Below, one piece after another: positions 28,144-38,435 of a stretch of DNA of 64,000 nt. A program made the translations under genes and the position numbers. This DNA comes from a bacterium. Its GTDB lineage: Bacteria; UBA8248. The notes under the pieces are model-generated. The model was given only the letters and a program-made list of their open reading frames with translations. It did not search any database and was not told where the DNA came from. Positions within the stretch are counted from its first letter, which is position 1. Each line of letters begins with the position of its first letter. The stretch is taken from assembly GCA_965199855.1 (NCBI GenBank), contig OZ241326.1, positions 1,920,001 through 1,984,000 on the forward strand. Direction: 5' to 3'.

Positions 28144-29220
28144 TCATTCCGAATGGCGGTAGATGCGGCTTTCGGGATAATAATCCTTCCAGCCGAACCA
28201 GAACGCGAGCGTGCTGGGGAGCTGGCGCAGCTTCGCGCCTTTCAGCGGCCCCTTGACCGCGAGGCCGGTGAGGCGCTGCCAGCGCGACCCCGTTCTCCCG
28301 TCTTTCATAAGCCGGCAGGCGGCGGCGCCTTTCGCGCCCTCCCCCGGAGCGAGCGCGAATTCCAGCGTCTCCCCCTTCAGGACGCGATCGAAAACAACCC
28401 CCGCGCCCGCCCCTTCGCAATAGGTCACCAGAATCTCCCTGCCCGCGAAACGGTCGTTCACCACCCCGGCGCGGCTCAGCTCTTCAAACGGGTATGCCTT
28501 GGCCGCCCGCTTCCCCTTCGGGGCGTCCAGGGCGAGACCCACCAGCAAGGCTTTCGGGTGGAGGCGATTGTCCCTGTATTTTTGGGGAATCACGCCCGTC
28601 TGCGAACTGTAGTAATAGCCCTCATAGGGATCGCGGGAGCCGCTCCGAAGCAGCCCCCCCGTCCCTGCCCGCTCCTTCTTCAGCACCAGCGTATCCGGGT
28701 AGAGGCGCTTCCATTCGGAGTAGCGCAGCATGGCCGCCGGATGCGTTTCGAGGCGCCTGCCCTTCAGAGGGCCCAGGACGGCCTCGCCCGTGAGATGGCT
28801 CCAGAGAGAATTCGTCTGGCGATCATACATGATCAACGCGTTTTTCCAGAGTTTGCCGGAAACGCCGAAGGTGAGCGTTTCGCCCTCCAGATTTCGGTCA
28901 TACACGATGGCCGTGTAGCAAAGCGGTCACCAGGTGACGGCGACGGCCCGCCCCCCCACGACGTCGTTCACGATCTCATGGGAGCTGAGGAGGGGAACCG
29001 AGTAGGCCCTCCTGTCTCCCCCGATGCCGAGGCCGATGACCATTTCCTCCGGCCGCATGAATTCATCCGCGTCTTTCGCCCCGGCGAATTCGGGCGCGTC
29101 GATGGAGGGTATGGCGTCTTTCGGCAGGAGCGCGCGAATCTCGCTCTCCGGGCCGGCGTGGCAAAAAACCGGCAGGAGCAGGAAAGCCAGGGCGAAAAGC
29201 GCGCTTCTTGTTCTCGACAT
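28144..29220 (-). CDS. DUF3179-family secreted protein, probable selenoprotein (in-frame TGA at 28929-28927)
   Basis: ORFs 28927-29220 and 28144-28905 are in the same frame, joined through TW-[TGA]-PLCYTA; motifs DAIPSID, HEIVND, FGVSGKL, YDRQTNSLWS, FWFGW. Confidence 0.85.
28901..28917 (-). promoter_or_regulatory. Candidate bacterial SECIS hairpin
   Basis: UACACG-GCCAU-CGUGUA stem-loop starting 9 nt after the UGA, with G first in the loop. Confidence 0.55.
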
Positions 29221-29393
29221 CGGGGACGTCTCCCCAGGCGGCCGGCAGGGTCATGCAACGTTGAAACCCATGGAGGCGATAAAATACCAACGATTCTGTT
29301 TAACTATATTCTACAATTCGTTGATATTTATCCTTTTGTTCGATCAAATTTTCGCTAAATCATAAAACTCCGTCCGCCTCCGCCCGTATGGGA

Positions 29394-29858
29394 TCAGGAT
29401 GATGAAATCTCAAGTATTACTTCAAGTTCCACGGGCGCCCCCAGGGGAAGTTCGGCCACCCCGACCGCCAGCCGCGCGTGCCTGCCCTTGTCTCCAAACA
29501 GCCCGACGGCCAGCTCCGAGGCGCCATTCAGCGCGAGCGCCTGATCCGCGAAGCCTTCCGAGGAGGCCACGTAGCCCGTCATCCGGACGATTCTCCGAAC
29601 CGACTCCAGGTCGCCAAGCGCCGCCCGCGCCTGCGCCATGGCGTTCAGGAAGCAGAGCGCGGCGCACTCCCGCGCCTGCTCCACGGAGACGGCCCGCGGA
29701 ACCTTTCCCGTATGAATCAGCGCGCCGCCTTTCATCGGAATCTGCCCCGAAATGAACATCAGGGCGCCGGAAATGACGGACGGAACATAGGCGCCGACGG
29801 GCGCCGGCGCGTCGGGCAACTCGATTCCCAACTCGTTCATTCGCCCGGAAACGCTCAT
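29394..29858 (-). CDS. RidA/YjgF-family protein
   Basis: [37 protein letters not shown]. Confidence 0.9.
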   Translation of the reverse strand: MSVSGRMNELGIELPDAPAPVGAYVPSVISGALMFISGQIPMKGGALIHTGKVPRAVSVEQARECAALCFLNAMAQARAALGDLESVRRIVRMTGYVASSEGFADQALALNGASELAVGLFGDKGRHARLAVGVAELPLGAPVELEVILEISSS

Positions 29859-30478
29859 CTCCCCTCTCCCGCCGTGATCATCGCCTTTATCCTGTCGAAT
29901 TCATCGGGCGTGTTCGCGTTCAGAAAAGAAGCCCCCTCGGGGTCCCACTGCCTCCACTCCGCCTCCTCAATCCGCCTGACGCGCACCTTCGGATGAAAGC
30001 CCGTCATTTTCAGGTCGCCTCCCGAAATCGACTCCCTGATGGGAGCCTCGCATTTTTTCCCGTAAAAGGCGCAAAGCGGCTCGGGGCGGCCGCTTCTGAC
30101 GGGAACCACCACGTCCCAGTCGTCCGCCATGGAAGCCATGGCGGATATGAGCGCCGGCCGCAGGAGCGGCATGTCGCATCCCGCCGTGAAAACGCGCGAT
30201 CCCCTCGCCATCGACACGGCGGCGTGGAGGCCGCCCAGCGAATCGTTGCCGGGGCAAATGTCCGACGCCACGCGAAAGCCCATGCCCTCGTATGGCGCGG
30301 AGTCGCCGGCCACGACGAAAACTTCCGAAAACATACCCTCCAGGACGCCCGCTGCGCGCCGGATGAGGGAAACTCCGTCAATTTCGAGCAGGGCCTTGTT
30401 TCGGCCCATCCGGCGGCTTCGGCCTCCCGCCAGGATGGCCGCCGAAAAAGGGAGTTTCCCCGCCGCTTTCCCGTCCAT
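29855..30478 (-). CDS. mobA: Molybdenum cofactor guanylyltransferase
   Basis: ILAGGRSRRMGRNKALL, LGGL, CDMP, EPLCAFY, NANTP. Confidence 0.9.
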   Translation of the reverse strand: MDGKAAGKLPFSAAILAGGRSRRMGRNKALLEIDGVSLIRRAAGVLEGMFSEVFVVAGDSAPYEGMGFRVASDICPGNDSLGGLHAAVSMARGSRVFTAGCDMPLLRPALISAMASMADDWDVVVPVRSGRPEPLCAFYGKKCEAPIRESISGGDLKMTGFHPKVRVRRIEEAEWRQWDPEGASFLNANTPDEFDRIKAMITAGEGR

Positions 30479-30524
30479 GCGAAACGCTCCGGGCCGCGCG
30501 CCCGCGCCTTCGGGCCGGATCCGC

Positions 30525-31811
30525 TCAGGGGCGCGCCCGCGCGAGGGAATCCGCATCGAGTCCCTCCGCCACGGGCTTTTCATCCAGCGCCTCGTCGAGC
30601 AGAACCACCCGAACGCGGCTTCCGGCGGCGAGCGCCGTCTGAAACTCCGGGAATATGACCAGCCCGTTCGCCCGCACCATGGAGTGCAGTATGTTGGACC
30701 CCTGGGCCTCAATCGCCCGAACGTCCCATGCGTCCCCGGAGCGATGGACGATGGAGCGCACGTAGTGGCGCCTCTCGGGCGACTTCGAGAGCGGATGCAG
30801 AAGGCGCGCCTCCAGCGTCGGGCGGAACAGCTTTTTCCTGCCCTGCATCTTCAGCAGCGCGGGGCGGACGAACAGCTCGAAGCTGACCATCGTGGAAACG
30901 GGGTTTCCGGGCAGGCCGAACACGGGCTTCCCGTTCAGCATTCCAAAGGCCATGGGCTTGCCCGGCTTCATGCGAACCCGCCAGAAGCGCATCTCGTTGC
31001 CGAGTCCGCCCAGGGTGGACTTCACCAGGTCGAAATCGCCCACCGACACGCCGCCGCTCGTTATCAGCAGATCGGCGGCCAGCCCGTCGTTGACGCGGCG
31101 CGTCAGATCCTCCGCGTTGTCGCGGGCGATGCCCAGCGGGACGGGCTCGCCGCCGGCCTCGAGAACCTGGGCGGCCAGCGCGTAGGAATTGGAGTTGAAT
31201 ATCTGCCCGGCGGCGGGGGAATCTCCCAGATCGACCAGCTCCTCCCCCGTCGCCAGGATGGCCACTCTCGGCCTTTGACGCACATAGACGCTCGGCCGAC
31301 CGACGTTCGCCAACATGCCCACCGCGGCGGCGCCCAGGCTCATCCCTTCCCTGAGAACGATTTCGCCCGCCCGGACGTCCTCGCCCGCCCGCCTGACGGC
31401 CTCTCCCTTCCCCACCCCGAGAAAAACGCTCACCTCCGCGTCCGAGATTCTCTCGGTCTCCTCGACCAGGACGACGGCGTCCGCCCCTTCGGGAATGGGG
31501 GCGCCGGTCATAATCTTGACGGCCTCTCCCGCGCCGACCCTGCGCCGCGCCATGACGCCGGCCTGAATCTCCTCGACAACCCGCAGCTTCCCGGGCGCCT
31601 CGCGCGTCGCCCCCCGGACGTCTTCCGACCGCAGGGCGTATCCGTCCATCGCCGAGTTGTCCCAGGGCGGAACGGGCCGCGGCGACTCGACGTCCTCCGC
31701 CAGCACCCGGCCCAGACAGCTCAGCAGGCCCGCTCTCTCGCGCCCCATCGGCCGAACAGCGTCCAGTATGAATTTCTGGGCTTCTTCCACGCTGATCATC
31801 AGCGGCTCCAT
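30525..31811 (-). CDS. moeA: Molybdopterin molybdotransferase
   Basis: GRVLAED, SAMDGYA, IMTGAPIP, TSGGVSVGDFD, MKPGKP, GLPGNPVS. Confidence 0.95.
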   Translation of the reverse strand: MEPLMISVEEAQKFILDAVRPMGRERAGLLSCLGRVLAEDVESPRPVPPWDNSAMDGYALRSEDVRGATREAPGKLRVVEEIQAGVMARRRVGAGEAVKIMTGAPIPEGADAVVLVEETERISDAEVSVFLGVGKGEAVRRAGEDVRAGEIVLREGMSLGAAAVGMLANVGRPSVYVRQRPRVAILATGEELVDLGDSPAAGQIFNSNSYALAAQVLEAGGEPVPLGIARDNAEDLTRRVNDGLAADLLITSGGVSVGDFDLVKSTLGGLGNEMRFWRVRMKPGKPMAFGMLNGKPVFGLPGNPVSTMVSFELFVRPALLKMQGRKKLFRPTLEARLLHPLSKSPERRHYVRSIVHRSGDAWDVRAIEAQGSNILHSMVRANGLVIFPEFQTALAAGSRVRVVLLDEALDEKPVAEGLDADSLARARP

Positions 31812-31955
31812 GGCTCTGCGAACAATCCGCGCGACCCAAGATCCAAGAGGCGGCATTATAGCCAACGCCGATGCGGGAACAAACCGGGCGCCGCCCCGCG
31901 CTCGGGGAAAATTCCCGCGTTTGCGAAGTCCGCGAATATCCCTTAAAAAGCGCCC

Positions 31956-32408
31956 ATGCCGAAAGAGGAATTCCGATACAAAACCGAACTCCGCGTCCGG
32001 TTCGGCGAAACCGACCTTCAGGGAGTCGTGTTCAACGCCAACTATCTTCTGTATGTCGATACCGCCCAGATGGACTATCTGCGCTCCATCGGCGTCTCCT
32101 ACCGGGACATGATCGCGCGGGGGCATGACGTCGTAATCGTGGACGCCTCGCTCCAGTTCCGCGCCCCGGCCCATTTCGACGAGGTGCTGGAAATCTACGC
32201 GCGCGTTTCCGAAGTGGGAAACTCGAGCATGAAAATGGATTTCGAGATTTACGAATCGGAGTCGGAGCGCCTCGTGGCGAACGCGCGGACGGCGTACGTC
32301 ATCATCGAGAAAGGCTCGAACGCGCCCGTCCGCGTCCCCGCCTACGTCCGCCGCGCGATCGAGAAATTTGAATCGGGGGGCGCGGCGAGAAAGCCGGAGC
32401 GTTCATAG
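31956..32408 (+). CDS. Acyl-CoA thioesterase (4HBT/YbgC family)
   Basis: VRFGETDLQGVVFNANYL, FRAPAHFDE. Confidence 0.9.
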   Translation: MPKEEFRYKTELRVRFGETDLQGVVFNANYLLYVDTAQMDYLRSIGVSYRDMIARGHDVVIVDASLQFRAPAHFDEVLEIYARVSEVGNSSMKMDFEIYESESERLVANARTAYVIIEKGSNAPVRVPAYVRRAIEKFESGGAARKPERS

Positions 32409-32660
32409 GGTTCGCCGGCGCGAAGCCTTCGCGCGCTATCCCGGCCTGAATCAGCGGAATCATCTTCTTGACGCTCGCATGATTCCGTGCCAAAATGCCC
32501 GGAAAATCGGAGAAGACGGCTTCATTGCGGCGATGGATGACGGATATTTCACGATTCGAGGGGGCGCCGGATGACTTTTTCTTCTCTTGTCGCCAGGCGG
32601 CGACGTCGAAGCCCGCGCTTCGGCGGGGGCGGCATCCATACCGTGCAAAAGAAGGATAAT

Positions 32661-33662
32661 ATGATGAAATCGATCGAGCGTTCGCGGCGGACTGTTCCCT
32701 TCCTCTCTCTCGCGCTGAGTCTGTTCATCGCCGTCGCGCTGGGCGCCTCCCAGGCTTTCGCGGCGTGGAAGCCGACGCGCCCGATCGAGTTCATCATCAT
32801 GGCGAGCAAGGGGGGGGGCGCGGATCGCATCGCTCGCCTCATGCAGAAAATCGTCACCGAGAACAAATGGTCGCCCCAGCCCCTGACGCCGATCAACAAA
32901 AGAGGAGGCTCCGGCGCCGAGGCGATGCTCTATCTCTACGCGAAACGAGGGAACCCGCACGTGATTCTGGTTACCCTCAACAGCTTCTTCACCACACCGG
33001 TATTGCGGAACCTCCCGGTGAACTACAAGAAGCTCACGCCCGTCTATCGGCTGGCCATGGACACGTTTCTCCTTTGGGTGAACGCGAAGTCGGGCATCAG
33101 GAACATGGATGACTTCGTGAAGGCCGTGAAGGCCAAGAAAGGCAAGTGGACGATGGGCGGGACGGGCAAGATGCAGGAGGATCAGCTCGTCACGAACATG
33201 CTGATGCAGGCCTACGGCCTCAAAGGCCTGATCACCTACGTGCCCTTCCGGGGCGGCGGCACCGTGGCCAAGAATCTCGCCGGCGGACACGTCGATTCGA
33301 CCGTGAACAACCCCTCCGAGGGACTGCCGCACTATCCCGACAAAATGCGGCCGATCGCCGCGATGACCCCGGAGCGGATTCCCGCGTTCAAGGAGGTGCC
33401 CACCTTCAAGGAGCTGGACAAGCCGGAGCTCGTGTATTTCATGCAGCGCAGCATCAACGCGCCCGGCGGCATCTCCAGGGACGCCGTGCAGTGGTATGTC
33501 GATCTGTTCGCCAAGCTGTGCAATTCCGATGAGTGGAAATCCTATACGAAGAAGAAGGCGCTGAACCGCGCCTGTCTGAGCGGCGCTCCGCTGGGCGCGT
33601 TCTTCGCTTCCGAGGACGGCAAGCACAAGCAGCTGCTCAAAGGCATGGGACTGCTGAAATAA
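32661..33662 (+). CDS. Tripartite tricarboxylate transporter substrate-binding protein (Bug/TctC)
   Basis: Signal peptide, WKPTRPIEFII, GGGAD, NKRGGSG, YVPFRGGG, VPTFKE. Confidence 0.9.
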   Translation: MMKSIERSRRTVPFLSLALSLFIAVALGASQAFAAWKPTRPIEFIIMASKGGGADRIARLMQKIVTENKWSPQPLTPINKRGGSGAEAMLYLYAKRGNPHVILVTLNSFFTTPVLRNLPVNYKKLTPVYRLAMDTFLLWVNAKSGIRNMDDFVKAVKAKKGKWTMGGTGKMQEDQLVTNMLMQAYGLKGLITYVPFRGGGTVAKNLAGGHVDSTVNNPSEGLPHYPDKMRPIAAMTPERIPAFKEVPTFKELDKPELVYFMQRSINAPGGISRDAVQWYVDLFAKLCNSDEWKSYTKKKALNRACLSGAPLGAFFASEDGKHKQLLKGMGLLK

Positions 33663-33919
33663 TTCGCGGAAACGCCCAGGCTGATTCAGGCAATCCGCCG
33701 CCGTTTCGGAAAATTCGCCGCCAGGCTTCCTGCCGCAACGCTTCCCGGCGCCGGCGCGGCATCAGCGAGTCCCTTGCGCCGCAGCTCTTGACGGCGGCGC
33801 TCCCGAATCCCTTTGCCGAAAACCCGGCGCGAAACCTCGCTTTCCGCTTGTCCATGCCCGCGCTTCGATTTACTCTTTCGCGTTAGCCCCGTTCTGCTTT
33901 CCACGAAAGACGCGACGCT

Positions 33920-35119
33920 TTGAAAAAATGGCGAATTCTTCTCCTCCTCACCACCGGCCACGCTTTTGAACACTGGTACCAGGGCGTTTTGGGCCCCGTT
34001 ATTCCCTATCTGACGGCGGATTTGGGACTTACCCTCACCCAGGTGGGGCTGCTCTTCACCGGCAGGGCGGTGATGAGCGCCCTCAGCAGCGTGGGGACGG
34101 GCGTCATCATCGACTCCTTCGGCGGCGGGAAATGGCTCCTGGTCGGGTGCATGGCCTCCACCGCCCTGTTTTACGGCGGCGCGAGCCTCGCGACGGGGTT
34201 TTTCGCCCTGGCGCCCATCATCTGGCTGAGCGGACTGGCGACCCACAGCTGGCATCCGCCCGCGATGGGCCTTTTGGGGATGCGCTTCGAGAACCGCAAA
34301 GGCTTCGCCCTGGGCGTGCATGGAACGGGCGCGAACGTGGGGCAGACGCTCGCCCCCGTCATCGCGGGGTTCCTGCTCCTGATGATGAACTGGCGAGGCG
34401 TCCTGCTGGCGAACACGATTCCCCTGCTCGCCACGGCCATCCTTCTGTGCGTTTATCTGGAGCCTTTTGAACTGGGCGGAAGCCGAAGGCCCGGCTCCTC
34501 CCTTCGGCCGCGCGGCTTCATGGACGCGCTGATCAAGAACCCCGGAATCGCGGGCGCCTGCGTATTCTCGGGCGCGAGGACGCTGGCGCACAACGTCATC
34601 CTGGTTTTTCTTCCGATATGGCTGGTGAGAAAATACGGCGTGGGGCCGGGCGCGCTGGGAATCGCCATTGGCGTATATTCGGCGGCGTCCATATTCCCGG
34701 AAACGATTGTGGGCTATCTTTCCGACAGAACGTCGAGGAAGGTGATTCTGTTCATCGGCATCGCCGGCGGCGGAGCCGCGCTGGCCATGATTCCCCACGC
34801 GGGCTCGGGGATTTTCCTGTACGCCTGCGTCACGGTCGTCGGCGCTTTTCTCGTTTCCATGCGCTCCGCGATTTTCGCATACGGCTTCGAGGTCAGCCCG
34901 CCGCAGTTGACCGGAAGCGTCGTCGGCGTCATCTTCACGGCGAACCAGATATTCGTCGGGGCGGGTCTGTTTTTTCTGGGCATTCTGGCGGACGCGCGCG
35001 GTCTGGCGTTCGTTTTCTGGGCGATTGGTATATTATGCCTGGGTAGCCTGGCCGCTTTCTCATGGCTGCCCCGAACGGAGGAAAAAGCGGATTTTCAGCA
35101 ATCGGTCTCCGGGCCGTGA
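33920..35119 (+). CDS. MFS transporter
   Basis: About 12 hydrophobic segments, WHPPAM, RKGFALGVHGTGANVG, GYLSDRTSRK. Confidence 0.88.
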   Translation: MKKWRILLLLTTGHAFEHWYQGVLGPVIPYLTADLGLTLTQVGLLFTGRAVMSALSSVGTGVIIDSFGGGKWLLVGCMASTALFYGGASLATGFFALAPIIWLSGLATHSWHPPAMGLLGMRFENRKGFALGVHGTGANVGQTLAPVIAGFLLLMMNWRGVLLANTIPLLATAILLCVYLEPFELGGSRRPGSSLRPRGFMDALIKNPGIAGACVFSGARTLAHNVILVFLPIWLVRKYGVGPGALGIAIGVYSAASIFPETIVGYLSDRTSRKVILFIGIAGGGAALAMIPHAGSGIFLYACVTVVGAFLVSMRSAIFAYGFEVSPPQLTGSVVGVIFTANQIFVGAGLFFLGILADARGLAFVFWAIGILCLGSLAAFSWLPRTEEKADFQQSVSGP

Positions 35120-35164
35120 AACTCCACGGACGACTCTCTTCAGCTCATGTACGGGAGACGGCGG

Positions 35165-38100
35165 ATGAGCGAACGAATTGAGGAGCACGCGGGATTTCCC
35201 CACGTCGAGAAATTGCTGGCTGGCGGAGCGCCTACCCCGGCGGCGACGGATCTTCTGGCTTCCATCGGCGTCACCGACCCGCTCGGCGCAGCGCGAAACC
35301 TCCAGTCCCTGGCCCTGCACCCGGCGTTCCCGCGCGATGACGCCGGGTTTCTCGGGCAGCTTCTGGCTTCTCTGGGAGATACGTTCGACCCGGAGCGCGC
35401 CCTCAGCAACTTCGAGCGAATCCTCGCGACCCGCGAGAAGCCGGACGCGCTCCTGAAGGCGCTCATCCATTCGGATGAGCGCAGGGCGGAGTTCTTCGCG
35501 CTGACTGGCGGGAGTCAGTTCCTGACCGAAACCATCGCCAGGCACCCGGACTTTTTCGACTGGCTGCTGCGTCCGAACGCCCTGCAAACCACCCGGCCGA
35601 AAGAGAAGATGGAGTCCGAACTCTGGCGCTGGGTGCGCGACGACTGGGAGTCTCCCAACGGGCCGGAGAACGCGATGCGCCGGTTCCGCCAGCGCGAGTA
35701 CCTGAGAATCGCTATACTGGACCTGATGCGGCGCGCGTCCCTCAAGGAAACCACCCTGAGCCTTTCCCGGCTGGCCGACGTCTGCCTGGAGATAGCGGTC
35801 AAGGTCGCCGGCGCCGAACTGAAGAAGAAATACGGAACGCCCAGACACAGGGACGCGGACGGGAAGTGGCGAAATACCGAATTCAGCGTGATCGGCATGG
35901 GGAAGCTGGGCGGGCTCGAGCTCAACTTCAGCTCGGACATCGATCTGCTGTTCATCTACTCATCGGACGACGGGCGAACGTCGGGGGTCGTCGATTCGCT
36001 GACGGGGCAGCAGAAAAGAAGGATAAGCAACCACGAATTCTTCGCCCACATGGCCCGGCGCGTCATATCCCTGATGGCGAAGAACACCGAAGAGGGGCAC
36101 GTCTTTCGGATAGACACGCGGCTGCGGCCCGAGGGTTCGCAGGGCGCCCTGGCGTATTCGCTCAGAAGCTGCGAGGTCTATTATGAATCCTGGGGAGAGA
36201 CCTGGGAGCGCCAGGCGCTGACCAAGTCCAGGCACTGCGCGGGCTCCGCCGCCCTGAGCGGCGCCTTCATGGAAATGATCCGCCCCTTCGTCTATCGGCG
36301 CACGATGGACATCAGCGTCATCGCGGAAATCGGAAAAATCAAAAACCGCATCAACAAGAACCTGAAGGGCCAGGACGCGGCGGAGCGCAACGTGAAGCTC
36401 GGCGAGGGGGGCATTCGGGAAATCGAATTCATCACCCAGGCGCTCCAGCTCATCTACGGCGGGCGGGAAACCCTTCTTCAGGGTTCAAGCACGCTGGACA
36501 GCCTCTCCGTCATGGAGGCGATGGGCCTGCTGCCCCCCCACGAATGCCAGGATCTTTCGCGCGCATACGTATTTCTCAGGGACGTGGAGCACCGCGTGCA
36601 GGTCACGCACGGGCTTCAGTCCCATGACATTCCGACGGATGAAAAGCACCTGACCGTGCTCGCCCGCAAAATGGACTGCGCGGGAAGCGGCGAATTCAGG
36701 GAGCAGCTGGCGCATCATCGCGGCAACGTATCGAAGATATTCGAGAACATGTTCCGGAGCGGGAACGGAGACGAGGGGGAGGAGGCCGCCGACGAGCAGG
36801 CGCCCGCGCCTACCCTGGGAGACTCCCTCTCCGCCGAGGAGCTGGCGCCCTACAACTTCGCGGACCCCGAAAGCGTGAGCACGCACCTCAAGCTCCTGCG
36901 AAACGGCGCCTCGCTCGAGCACGTCAGCGCGAAGGCGAAGCGGATATTCGACGAACTTCTCCCCCGCCTCCTCGACCAGACCCATGATCTTCCGGAGCCG
37001 GACAGGGCCATCGCCCACCTCAACAGGTTCGTGGAGAAAGGCGGAGGGCGCGAATCGATACTCGGGTTCATGGCCGAACAGGAGGAGTCGCTGGAGATCA
37101 TTCTCAAGCTGTTCGCCTCGAGCAACTACCTGTCCGAGATTCTGATCGCCCAGCCCGGCCTGCTCGAGACGCTTTTCCAGACGGAGACGCTCTCCAGCCC
37201 GCGCTCGGAGGAGGTTCTCGCCGCGGAAATGGAGAAGATAGCGAGCGCGCAAATCCCGATGGACGAGAGATTCAACCGCCTGCACCTCGCCAAGAAAAGC
37301 GAGGAGCTCGCCATAGGCATCCGAAGCATCCTCGGAGAGGCGGACATTCAGGAAACCCTGTCCTCCCTCTCCCGACTCGCGGCGGCGACCCTGAGAAGCG
37401 GCTACGAGATGGCCCGCGAAAGAATGCTCGGCCTGTATGGCGCCCCGATCGAGGAGGAGACGGGCGAGGAGGCCCGATTCGCCGTCATCGGCCTCGGCAA
37501 GCTGGGAAGCGGAGAGATGAACTTCGGCTCGGACCTGGACTTGATATTCGCGTATAGCGCCGCCGGGAAAACGAACGGGCGGGCCAACGGGAAAAGCTCC
37601 GAATACGGCCCCATCACGAATCACGAATTCCACCTCAAGCTGGCCACCTGCCTGCGGGACGGCCTCTCGGCGTCGAGCGGGCGGGCGCGAACCTACGAGA
37701 TGGACCTCCGCCTTCGGCCCGAAGGGCAAAAGGGGCCGCTGGCGGCGCCGCTGGAGCGCTTCGCAAAGTACTTTGAGGCCCGCGCCGAGACGTGGGAGCG
37801 GCAGGCGCTCACGAGAGCGAGCCCCGTCGCCGGCTCGGAGACGCTGAGCGCGGAATTCCTGGACCTCGCCCAAAAATTCGTGTACGAGAAGGAAGCGGGC
37901 GAGGAGCTGGCGCGGGAAGTTCATCACATGCGCAAGCGCATGGAAACGGAGCTGTCGCGCGAGGAGGAGGGAATCATCGACATCAAGCTCGGTCGCGGCG
38001 GAATCGTGGATATCGAGTTTTTGACCCAGTATCTCCTGATACGGAACGGAGGCGCGAATCCCGACATACGGGTCCCGAACACCTGCCTCGCCCTCCAGGC

Positions 38101-38377
38101 GCTGAAAGACGCCGGAATCCTCGCCGATGGGGACTGCGCCGCGCTGCTCGACGGCTACCGCTTCCTGCGTCTCGTCGAAAACCGACTCCGCATAGGCAAC
38201 GCCCAGTCGATCAACATATTCCTGACGACTCCGGAGGCGATGGGGATGCTGGCGCGGCGCATGGGCTTTGCGGACGACATCGACGGAAGCGCCCACGCGA
38301 AGTTTCTCGCGGAATACGAAGAGAAAACGGGCCGCGTGCGGGAAGTCTATGAAAAAATCGTGGTCGGGCGGGAATGA
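35165..38377 (+). CDS. glnE: Bifunctional glutamine synthetase adenylyltransferase/deadenylase
   Basis: Duplicated nucleotidyltransferase motifs GMGKLGGLELNFSSDIDL and GLGKLGSGEMNFGSDLDL, D(T/L)RLRPEG, WERQAL, KLG-GGI. Confidence 0.96.
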   Translation: MSERIEEHAGFPHVEKLLAGGAPTPAATDLLASIGVTDPLGAARNLQSLALHPAFPRDDAGFLGQLLASLGDTFDPERALSNFERILATREKPDALLKALIHSDERRAEFFALTGGSQFLTETIARHPDFFDWLLRPNALQTTRPKEKMESELWRWVRDDWESPNGPENAMRRFRQREYLRIAILDLMRRASLKETTLSLSRLADVCLEIAVKVAGAELKKKYGTPRHRDADGKWRNTEFSVIGMGKLGGLELNFSSDIDLLFIYSSDDGRTSGVVDSLTGQQKRRISNHEFFAHMARRVISLMAKNTEEGHVFRIDTRLRPEGSQGALAYSLRSCEVYYESWGETWERQALTKSRHCAGSAALSGAFMEMIRPFVYRRTMDISVIAEIGKIKNRINKNLKGQDAAERNVKLGEGGIREIEFITQALQLIYGGRETLLQGSSTLDSLSVMEAMGLLPPHECQDLSRAYVFLRDVEHRVQVTHGLQSHDIPTDEKHLTVLARKMDCAGSGEFREQLAHHRGNVSKIFENMFRSGNGDEGEEAADEQAPAPTLGDSLSAEELAPYNFADPESVSTHLKLLRNGASLEHVSAKAKRIFDELLPRLLDQTHDLPEPDRAIAHLNRFVEKGGGRESILGFMAEQEESLEIILKLFASSNYLSEILIAQPGLLETLFQTETLSSPRSEEVLAAEMEKIASAQIPMDERFNRLHLAKKSEELAIGIRSILGEADIQETLSSLSRLAAATLRSGYEMARERMLGLYGAPIEEETGEEARFAVIGLGKLGSGEMNFGSDLDLIFAYSAAGKTNGRANGKSSEYGPITNHEFHLKLATCLRDGLSASSGRARTYEMDLRLRPEGQKGPLAAPLERFAKYFEARAETWERQALTRASPVAGSETLSAEFLDLAQKFVYEKEAGEELAREVHHMRKRMETELSREEEGIIDIKLGRGGIVDIEFLTQYLLIRNGGANPDIRVPNTCLALQALKDAGILADGDCAALLDGYRFLRLVENRLRIGNAQSINIFLTTPEAMGMLARRMGFADDIDGSAHAKFLAEYEEKTGRVREVYEKIVVGRE

Positions 38378-38435
38378 CCGCCTCTCCGCGCCAGGCGTCC
38401 GCGCGCTTCAGCCCGTCCGCGCCGGAGGGGTCGCG

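Noticed and set aside
28927-28929. Pseudogene or two separate genes at the DUF3179 locus
   Set aside because: The single TGA sits at the expected Cys of a CxxC motif, both halves are intact and in frame, and a SECIS-like hairpin follows
32810-32818. G9 tract as phase-variation site in tctC
   Set aside because: It encodes the family-conserved Gly-Gly-Gly motif, so it is explained by protein constraint in a GC-rich genome
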